A stretch of 64,000 nucleotides of DNA, taken from positions 384,001 to 448,000 of the forward strand of contig CAWAHW010000002.1 in assembly GCA_963781885.1 (NCBI GenBank), read 5' to 3'. The notes under the pieces were generated by a model that saw only the letters and a program-made list of their open reading frames with translations, had not been told where the DNA came from and did no database searches. Source of the DNA: an uncultured Spirochaetota bacterium. Lineage in GTDB: Bacteria; Spirochaetota; Spirochaetia; SZUA-6; Fen-1364. Position 1 is the first letter of the stretch. Each line of letters begins with the position of its first letter. The position numbers were made by a program, and so were the translations under genes. Shown here one piece after another: positions 44,172 through 51,358 of this stretch.

Positions 44172-44962
44172 CAATCGGCAAGAGCATCCGGCGGACGTCG
44201 ATCTTTCGGCGGGACACCGGCAGGACGGTGATCGTGGCGCTCGACCACGGCGGCATCGCGGGTCCCATCGCGGGCATCGAGCGTCCGGCGGACGTCGTCA
44301 GGGCCTGCCGCGAGGGCGGCGCCGACGCCATCCTCGCCACGCGCGGCGTCGTGACGGCGTCGGAGGGCGAATGGGACAGGAGCATGTCGGTGATCCTGCG
44401 TCTCACGGGCGGCTTCACCGTGCTGGGGGGCAAGTTCGAGGAGGAGATCATCTCCAGCCCGGAGGCGGCCCTGGCCATGGGCGCATCGGCAGCGGCAGTC
44501 ACCGTGAAGTTCGGACACGAGCGGGAAGGCGAGCTCACGCGGCGCGCCTCCCTGGTCGCCGACAGTTGCGAGCGATGGGGTCTGCCCCTCATGATCGAGG
44601 CGATGGCAGAGACGAAGGACATGAAGGCGAGCGATCCGCGGGGGATCACGCTGGCGGCCCGTGCGGCCCAGGAGATCGGGGCGGACATCGTGAAGACCTA
44701 CTACACGGGCGACCAGGAGAGCTTCCGCAGGGTGGTCGAGGGGTGTCCCGTGCCCATCGTGATCCTCGGCGGTGAAAAGTCCGACACGCTGGAAGCGGTC
44801 TTCCGCGACGTGCACGATGCCCTGCAGGCAGGGGCCTACGGCATCGCGATCGGGCGCAACATCTGGCAGCATGGGAAGACGAAAGCCATGGTGGAGGCGA
44901 TGGTCGGCCTCGTGCACGAGAGCTGGACGACCGCGCAGGCCCTGGCTCACGTGGGAGGCTGA
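44168..44962 (+). CDS. DhnA/FbaB-type class I aldolase family protein
   Basis: VALDHG, EIGADIVK(Schiff base)TYY, ILGG, IGRNIWQ; ATGA overlap. Confidence 0.85.
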   Translation: MTIGKSIRRTSIFRRDTGRTVIVALDHGGIAGPIAGIERPADVVRACREGGADAILATRGVVTASEGEWDRSMSVILRLTGGFTVLGGKFEEEIISSPEAALAMGASAAAVTVKFGHEREGELTRRASLVADSCERWGLPLMIEAMAETKDMKASDPRGITLAARAAQEIGADIVKTYYTGDQESFRRVVEGCPVPIVILGGEKSDTLEAVFRDVHDALQAGAYGIAIGRNIWQHGKTKAMVEAMVGLVHESWTTAQALAHVGG

Positions 44963-44965
44963 GGC

Positions 44966-45307
44966 TTAACCGATGGCAACGTGGCCTGTTTCGCCGCTCC
45001 TGATGCGGATGCAGTCCTCCATCGGGAGGACGAATATCTTGCCGTCCCCAATGTTGCCCGTCCGCGCGCCTTTCACGATGGCATCCACCGCGGCCGGCAG
45101 GTACTCGTCGTTCACCGCGATCTCCAGCCGCGTCTTTTTCAGGAGGGTGCCGACCTCTTTCACGCCCCGATAGATCTCCGTCACGCCCTTCTGCCGACCG
45201 CACCCCAGCACATTCGTCACCGTCTTGAGGTATATCTCCTTCTCGTCCAGCTCGTGCATGACGTCGTCGAGCTTGTGCGGTTGTATGATGGCGATGATCA
45301 GTTTCAT
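44966..45307 (-). CDS. glnK: PII nitrogen regulatory protein
   Basis: [38 protein letters not shown]; directly downstream of amtB. Confidence 0.92.
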   Translation of the reverse strand: MKLIIAIIQPHKLDDVMHELDEKEIYLKTVTNVLGCGRQKGVTEIYRGVKEVGTLLKKTRLEIAVNDEYLPAAVDAIVKGARTGNIGDGKIFVLPMEDCIRIRSGETGHVAIG

Positions 45308-45328
45308 TGCTTCCTCCCGTTTGCGCGC

Positions 45329-46570
45329 TCAGTCGATGAGGGTGTAGGCGCTTTCCTTGTGCTGCGTGTTGTCGAGCCCTATCGCTTCATCCTCCGCGGT
45401 CACCCGCAGACCCATCACCCGGTCCAGGACCTTCGTGAGGATGAGCGTCACCGCCGCCGCGTAGGCGATCGTCGCGGCCACGCCGATTGCCTGGATGCCG
45501 AGCTGCCGGAGATTCCCGAATATCCATCCATCCGCTCCGGCGGGATTTATCATCTTGCTTGCAAAAACGCCGGTCAGCAGCGCCCCGACGGTCCCCCCGA
45601 CTCCATGAACGCCGAATGCATCCAGCGCGTCGTCATACCCGAGCCGGGTCTTGATGACGGTCACGGCGATGTAGCACACCGCTGCCACGATGATGCCGAT
45701 GGCAATGGCCCCCATGGGGGTGACGAATCCCGCCGCCGGCGTGATCGCGACAAGGCCGGCCACCGCGCCCGTTGCGGCGCCGAGAACCGTTGGTTTCTTG
45801 GCAACCACCCATTCGATGAACAGCCACGAAAGGCCCGCCATGGCCGTTGCCGTGTTCGTGTTGAGGAAGGCGCTCACCGCGAGCCCGTTTGCGGCCAGCG
45901 CGCTGCCGGCATTGAACCCGAACCATCCGAACCAGAGCAGCGCGGCACCGACGAGCGTGAGCGTCATGTTGTGCGGAGGCGGGGCGATGTGCGGGAAGTT
46001 CTTCCGTCGGCCGAGCACGAGGGCAAAGACGAGCGCCGAAATGCCGGAAGAGACGTGCACGACCGTTCCGCCCGCGAAATCCAGCGCGCCGAGATTGTGC
46101 AGCCAGCCATTCGTTCCCCACACCCAGTGCGCGACCGGGTCATAGACGATGGTCGCCCAGAGCAGGCTGAACACCGCGAAGGTGGAGAACTTCAGCCTTT
46201 CGGCGAATGCGCCGCTGATGAGCGCCGGGGTGATGACGGCGAACATCATCTGGTAAACCATGAAAAGCTGGTGCGGAATCGTGGGAGCGTAGTCCGGGTT
46301 CGGTGCCAGGCCGACTCCCCTCAACCCGATCCAGGAGAGATTCCCGATGAAGTGCCCGGCGTCCGGGCCGAAGGCGAGGCTGTACCCCCAGAGCACCCAT
46401 TGGATGCTGATCAGGCAGAGGATGAAGAATGAGTGCATCATCGTGGAAAGGACATTCTTCCGTCGAACGAGCCCGCCGTAGAACATGACGAGGCCCGGCG
46501 CTGTCATCATCATGACCAGCGCTGTGGAGGCGAGCACCCATGCGGTGTCCCCACTGTTTATCTGCGCCAT
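45329..46570 (-). CDS. amtB: Ammonium transporter
   Basis: GDTAW, FYGGLVR, YQMMFA, DFAGGTVVH, LWFGWFGFNAGS, DDALDAFGVHG. Confidence 0.95.
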   Translation of the reverse strand: MAQINSGDTAWVLASTALVMMMTAPGLVMFYGGLVRRKNVLSTMMHSFFILCLISIQWVLWGYSLAFGPDAGHFIGNLSWIGLRGVGLAPNPDYAPTIPHQLFMVYQMMFAVITPALISGAFAERLKFSTFAVFSLLWATIVYDPVAHWVWGTNGWLHNLGALDFAGGTVVHVSSGISALVFALVLGRRKNFPHIAPPPHNMTLTLVGAALLWFGWFGFNAGSALAANGLAVSAFLNTNTATAMAGLSWLFIEWVVAKKPTVLGAATGAVAGLVAITPAAGFVTPMGAIAIGIIVAAVCYIAVTVIKTRLGYDDALDAFGVHGVGGTVGALLTGVFASKMINPAGADGWIFGNLRQLGIQAIGVAATIAYAAAVTLILTKVLDRVMGLRVTAEDEAIGLDNTQHKESAYTLID

Positions 46571-46609
46571 CGCTCACTCCTTGCCGTGGGTTTTGACGCC
46601 TAAAGATTG

Positions 46610-46625
46610 AGCAATTCCCGTGCCA
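46610..46625 (-). promoter_or_regulatory. Sigma54 (-24/-12) promoter of amtB-glnK
   Basis: Minus strand reads TGGCACGGGAATTGCT, matching TGGCACG-N4-TTGC, 40 bp upstream of the amtB ATG. Confidence 0.8.
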
Positions 46626-46815
46626 TGTCAGGATTGCTGCCTTGCGCGCGGGCATTTCGCACCTCGCACGGCAGAAGCACGGGCCGGGCGCCCGTTGGTG
46701 AGCTCGCTGTCTGCAACGAAGGGTCTCCGTCCCTACAGAAGTGTAGGAAACAGCAAGCGAAAGATACGGAATTGTAAGAAAGTGCCCCCCCGCGCACGGG
46801 CCCGCTCGACGCTCC

Positions 46816-47727
46816 CTATCGGGGGTTGACGACGTTTTCGCCGGGGATGGATTCCTCTTCGATGGTCTTCTCGAGGGCAAGGAGGGCATCCTGGCAGAGG
46901 GCGGTCACCGCTCGCTTCTGGTTCAGGGAGATCGTCAGCGACCTGACATTCGTATTGGCGCGCGAAAGGGCGATGATCTGTCTCCGCAAGTCCGAGAAGG
47001 TGGCATAGCGCGACGACGCCGTCTCGACATTCTGGTTCGAGGGAAGGAGCGCCGCGAGACCCTTCATGTCATTCGCGACCCGCTGGTCTTCCGCCGTCAT
47101 GCGCGCCTCCAGCTCGTCCATCTTGCTGTCGCTCTCCTCGGCGATATGCGGCGGCAGGAGGACCTGGATTCGTCGGGCGGCCGCCTCGGCGCCCGCCGCC
47201 AGAAACATCACCTGTCGGGCATTTGCAGCCGCGGAGCCTTCCCCTTGCGCGATCAGGCGGGAGAGCGCCGCGTCCATGTCGTCGATCGCCGCGGCCGCGG
47301 GTCCAAATGCCAGGGCGTACGCTTTCAAGTTCGTGTTTTTGACGGCGAGGTCAAGGAGCTGCGCGTCGATCTGCTGGTACTCGGTGAAGGCCTTTGAAAA
47401 ATCGGCAAGGAGCTGTTTCTCCCTGCCCGTCTGTGCAAGCGTGCCGAAATCCGCGCGCAGGCCTTCCACCGTCGCCGTCTCCGCGCGCGCCTGATCCGCG
47501 AAGACCTCGGAATCCTTGTCCGTCGTGGCGAGCACGGCGCTTTTCTCAGCCTCGGTGGCCGACGCGAGATGGAACTGCAGCTGGTTGACGACCTCTTCGC
47601 GGCGCGCCCTCGCTTCGACCTGCGCCGCGACGCTCGTTGGCTGGAAGTGCAGGACGACCAGGATCACGGCGACAAAAACAACGGCGCCGGCGAGCCCCCA
47701 GAAGAAGTAGCGGAAGGAAAACTTCAC
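46816..47727 (-). CDS. Membrane-anchored protein with tandem four-helix-bundle (MCP 4HB-like) sensory domains and no signalling domain
   Basis: One N-terminal TM, all-helical body, internal duplication (LAVKNTNLKA / LSRANTNVRS); start uncertain. Confidence 0.6.
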   Translation of the reverse strand: MKFSFRYFFWGLAGAVVFVAVILVVLHFQPTSVAAQVEARARREEVVNQLQFHLASATEAEKSAVLATTDKDSEVFADQARAETATVEGLRADFGTLAQTGREKQLLADFSKAFTEYQQIDAQLLDLAVKNTNLKAYALAFGPAAAAIDDMDAALSRLIAQGEGSAAANARQVMFLAAGAEAAARRIQVLLPPHIAEESDSKMDELEARMTAEDQRVANDMKGLAALLPSNQNVETASSRYATFSDLRRQIIALSRANTNVRSLTISLNQKRAVTALCQDALLALEKTIEEESIPGENVVNPR

Positions 47728-47821
47728 CCCGCGAGCATATGCCGCACCGCTCCCCGCATCAAGCATGCGGCCCTACCGACACTTCCGCCGAATTGTTATC
47801 TTTCAGGACGGCAGGTGATCG

Positions 47822-48598
47822 ATGAGAACCGTCGTGGTCGCGCTTTTATCCCTCGCAGCCGGTGGCCTCTTTTCCCAGGATGTCACGCTCACGGCGGTGC
47901 GCTACGGCATGTCGCACTATTCCAGCGAGTACATCTTCATCGACGACACGGCCCGGTCACCGATAGAGTTCCACTGGCTCTTCTACCTTCTGCGCACGCC
48001 GACGCGCGTCGTGCTCATCGACTGCGGGTTCTCCGATCCGGGGATGGCAAGGAGATTCGGCGTCACGCTCCAGGACCCCGTCGAGCTCCTGGAAAAGATC
48101 GGTGTGGAGCCTGAGGACGTGACGGACATCGTTGCGACGCATGCGCATTTCGACCACATCGGCAACATCGACAGGTTCCCGAATGCCACGCTCTGGATCC
48201 ATGCCAACGCTTGGCAGAGCTTTGTGAACGGTCCTTTCTCGATCCCGCTCGCCGATGCAATGAAAAAGAAGGCCCGGCTCAACCTCTTCACGAAAGAGAT
48301 CGAGCCCCTTCCTTTCATGGAGGTCATCCCGGTGGAAGGCCACGCGCCGGGCTCATGCTACGTCAGGCTGAACCTTGAAGACCGCACGATTATATTGACG
48401 GGCGATGAAGCCTACCTCCCAGAGAATTGGCAGAAGCTGCGGGGCGTGGGGACCTATGTGGACCCCGTCAAGAACATGAAGGCCTTGCGCGAGTTCAAGG
48501 CCCTCGCCGCTCAGCCGGACGTCTCGCTGTTCACGTTTCACGACCCGGCGATCATTCCGGAGGGTGCCCCGCAGGCGTGGCGCCAGATCTATCCCTGA
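47822..48598 (+). CDS. Exported metallo-beta-lactamase-fold hydrolase, N-acyl homoserine lactonase family
   Basis: Signal peptide; LIDCG, THAHFDHIG, GHAPG, GDEAY, HDP. Confidence 0.8.
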   Translation: MRTVVVALLSLAAGGLFSQDVTLTAVRYGMSHYSSEYIFIDDTARSPIEFHWLFYLLRTPTRVVLIDCGFSDPGMARRFGVTLQDPVELLEKIGVEPEDVTDIVATHAHFDHIGNIDRFPNATLWIHANAWQSFVNGPFSIPLADAMKKKARLNLFTKEIEPLPFMEVIPVEGHAPGSCYVRLNLEDRTIILTGDEAYLPENWQKLRGVGTYVDPVKNMKALREFKALAAQPDVSLFTFHDPAIIPEGAPQAWRQIYP

Positions 48599-48628
48599 TT
48601 CCTTGGCGACGACCCCATCCCTCGACCC

Positions 48629-49489
48629 TCAGGGAGACTCGCCCAGCCTCTGGTAGACGCTCGTTCCTTTCATGCCAGGATTGCGCTGGGCGTAGTCAAA
48701 TGCCGTCCTGCCCTGGTTGTCCTTCGCGGCCGTTTGCGCGCCTGCCGCGATCAGCGCGGCTGCGACCTGCGGATTTGGATTGAGCTCGGCGGCAATCATC
48801 AGGGGGGTCGATCCATCTGCATCGCGGGCCTCCAACTGGGCCCCCGCCTTCAGGAGCGGACCAAGTGCCTTCGGGTTCTGATTCCTTCCCGCCGCAAACA
48901 GCAGCGCAGTCCAGCCGTCTGGTGTCCGGGCATTGACGTCCGCGCCCGCCTTGAGGAGGGCGTTGACGACGTCAGGATCCTGATTGAACTTGGCCGCATG
49001 CATGAGGGCGGTCAGGCCGTTTGCGTCCTGGGCTTTCAGGTCCGCCCCTGATTCCAGGAGCGTCCTGACCGCGTCGGGGCTCGGGTTGTAGGCCGCGGCG
49101 ATCATGAGCGGCGTCGTGAGGAACCTGTCGCGCTCCGCGATACGTGCGCCGGCCTTCAGGATCAGGGATATGACACGCGCGTCCTTCGCGGCCGCCGCTG
49201 CATAGGAAAGGGCCGTCCAGCCGTTCGAATCGCGGGCCTTGATATCGGCGCCTTCCTCGAGAAGCACGGCAACGACGTCGGGGCTCGGATTCTTCAAGGC
49301 TGCCCACATCAGGACGCTGAGGCCGTTCCTGTCACGCGCATTGACGTTTGCGCCGGCGGCAATCGCCGCCTGAATGGCGTTCGGCGTGCCGGTCGGAACA
49401 AGACCGAACAGGTCCGCGGCGAGCGCAGAGGCTGCTCCTGAAACCAGGAACGCGACGCAGAAACACGCGCGCGCCACCAGCGTTTTCAT
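48629..49489 (-). CDS. Exported ankyrin repeat protein (6 repeats)
   Basis: Signal peptide; repeats GADVNAR..DG.TALM.AA..NPNP.V...LL.A. Confidence 0.88.
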   Translation of the reverse strand: MKTLVARACFCVAFLVSGAASALAADLFGLVPTGTPNAIQAAIAAGANVNARDRNGLSVLMWAALKNPSPDVVAVLLEEGADIKARDSNGWTALSYAAAAAKDARVISLILKAGARIAERDRFLTTPLMIAAAYNPSPDAVRTLLESGADLKAQDANGLTALMHAAKFNQDPDVVNALLKAGADVNARTPDGWTALLFAAGRNQNPKALGPLLKAGAQLEARDADGSTPLMIAAELNPNPQVAAALIAAGAQTAAKDNQGRTAFDYAQRNPGMKGTSVYQRLGESP

Positions 49490-49977
49490 TCTAACGTGCC
49501 GGGCCCCTGGATGCGGCGCTTGCGGTTGCTCCAGGCCCACGCCGACAACTGTGAAACCCCGAATGACATCAGGGCGATCAGGAGGCTGCCGAGGATATCC
49601 GCGGTATGGTGAACACCCGCATAGACGCGGGCCATGCCGACTGCCAGGGCCGCCAGCAGTCCGACTGCGCCCATTGGCAGGCTGACGGTCAGGACAATCG
49701 CCGCCGACACGCCAAGGAGCAGGGTGTGATCCGATGGGAACCCATTGTCCTTCGAGCTCGGAATCAGGGGCGACGCGCCGGATTGCAGGAACGGGCGCGG
49801 ATCCTGGATCAATTGATGCGCGACCTGGGAAAGCACGAGCGCGATCAGCCCGATCCAGACGGCGGCGCGCAGGATCTCCTTCCAGCGCGTGCGGCGAAAG
49901 ACGGCCAGATAGAGCAATTCGAGCGCAACGATGACGATGTACAGGTACTCCGCCACGAACGCAATTGCTACTTTCAT
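49486..49977 (-). CDS. PAP2 family phosphatase (undecaprenyl-diphosphatase BcrC-like)
   Basis: RPF, FPSDH, ARVYAGVH...DI motifs; TM helices; ATGA overlap with the ankyrin gene. Confidence 0.85.
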   Translation of the reverse strand: MKVAIAFVAEYLYIVIVALELLYLAVFRRTRWKEILRAAVWIGLIALVLSQVAHQLIQDPRPFLQSGASPLIPSSKDNGFPSDHTLLLGVSAAIVLTVSLPMGAVGLLAALAVGMARVYAGVHHTADILGSLLIALMSFGVSQLSAWAWSNRKRRIQGPGTLE

Positions 49978-50030
49978 CGTCTAGAAGATATCTCTTCGAT
50001 TTTGCTCCGTCGACAGAGAGGCGGACTTTT

Positions 50031-51290
50031 TCAAGGCCTGGCGTTCAGCAAGTCCATGTATTCCTTTGACCCTGAAAGCGCGGGGTTTTCCCGTGCGTAA
50101 TCGGCCGCCGTTTCTCCATCGCGCGACGCACGGCTTCGGTCCGCCCCTGCGGCAAGAATCGCCCTGACGATGGTCGGGTTCGGGTTGTACTCGGCAGCGA
50201 GCATGAGCGGCGTCCGGCCGTCGGGGAGGCTTTCATTCACGACGGCTCCGGCGGCGAGGAGAGTGGAGACCACGTCGGGATTCTGGTTGGATTGGGCGGC
50301 GATCAGGAGCGCGGTTCTCCCTTCCGGAGTACGGGCAAGCACAGAATCTCCCGCATGCACCAGGGCGCCCAGGACCTGCGGGTTGTCGTTGTACTGGGCG
50401 GCGAGCATGAGCGGCGTCCTTCCGTCTGCCGTGCGGATGTCGATCCGCGCGCCCGCTTTCATCAAAGCGGTTATCATGCCGGGGCTCCGGTTAAACTGGG
50501 CGGCAAGATGCAGGACGGTCCGATCGGAGGCTTTTTCATCGATTCTCGCGCCGGCTTGCAAGAGCGTGACAAGCACCTCAGGATTCTGATTCGACTGGGC
50601 CGCGGCCAGCAAAGGCGAATAGCCATCTGACGTCCGGGCCCTGACGCTGGCTCCTGCCCGCACGAGGGCGGTGATCGTCTGCGGGTTTTCATTCGACTGC
50701 GCGGCGAACATCAGGGGGGTCCACCCTTCCATGGTGTGCTCGTCGACCCGCGCGCCGGCGTGCAGCAGGGTTGAGATGACTGACGGATTGGGGTTGGAAC
50801 CGGCGGCAATCATCAGGACGGTCTTGCCGTCCACGGTTGCGTCTTTTATATCTGCGCCCGCCTCCAGGAGACGCGAAATGATCCGTGGGTTTGGGTTCGA
50901 CCAAGCGGCGATCATCAGCGCGGTCCACCCGTCGGGCGTCCGGTCAGTGATCCTGGCGCCTGCCTCCAGGAGGGTGGAGATGACAAGCGGATTCTGCGTG
51001 GATCCCGCCGCATACAGGAGGGCGGTCGCCCCGTCGGGCGTCGCGTCGTCGATCTTCGCGCCGGCGTCGAGGATTGCCTTGACGACCCCCGGATCGGGGT
51101 TGGAGCGCGCGGCGATCATCAGCGGTGTTCTGCCGTCCAGAGTCCTGTCTTCCACGTACCCACCTGCCTGAATTGCCGCACGGACGTCAGCCAGAGATCC
51201 GTTTTCCGCGAGGTCGAGGACGCTCTGCGCCGCGCACGTGCCGAAAGCTCCGAGGAGGCAGAAGGTAACGATGGCAGGCGTGCGGCCCAT
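50031..51290 (-). CDS. Exported ankyrin repeat protein (10 repeats)
   Basis: Signal-like N-terminus MGRTPAIVTFCLLGAFGTCAA; ten repeats of ~34 aa; start may be 51347. Confidence 0.88.
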   Translation of the reverse strand: MGRTPAIVTFCLLGAFGTCAAQSVLDLAENGSLADVRAAIQAGGYVEDRTLDGRTPLMIAARSNPDPGVVKAILDAGAKIDDATPDGATALLYAAGSTQNPLVISTLLEAGARITDRTPDGWTALMIAAWSNPNPRIISRLLEAGADIKDATVDGKTVLMIAAGSNPNPSVISTLLHAGARVDEHTMEGWTPLMFAAQSNENPQTITALVRAGASVRARTSDGYSPLLAAAQSNQNPEVLVTLLQAGARIDEKASDRTVLHLAAQFNRSPGMITALMKAGARIDIRTADGRTPLMLAAQYNDNPQVLGALVHAGDSVLARTPEGRTALLIAAQSNQNPDVVSTLLAAGAVVNESLPDGRTPLMLAAEYNPNPTIVRAILAAGADRSRASRDGETAADYARENPALSGSKEYMDLLNARP

Positions 51291-51358
51291 GGAAAAAAGA
51301 TCGCCGGCAACCGGCGCGACGGAAAGAATGCTCCAAATGCCCTTCATCCCCGGCACGT

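Noticed and set aside
48629-51290. Periodic DNA repeats suggestive of a CRISPR-like array
   Set aside because: The ~102-nt periodicity is degenerate, in frame and explained by ankyrin repeats; no cas genes or identical repeats with spacers.
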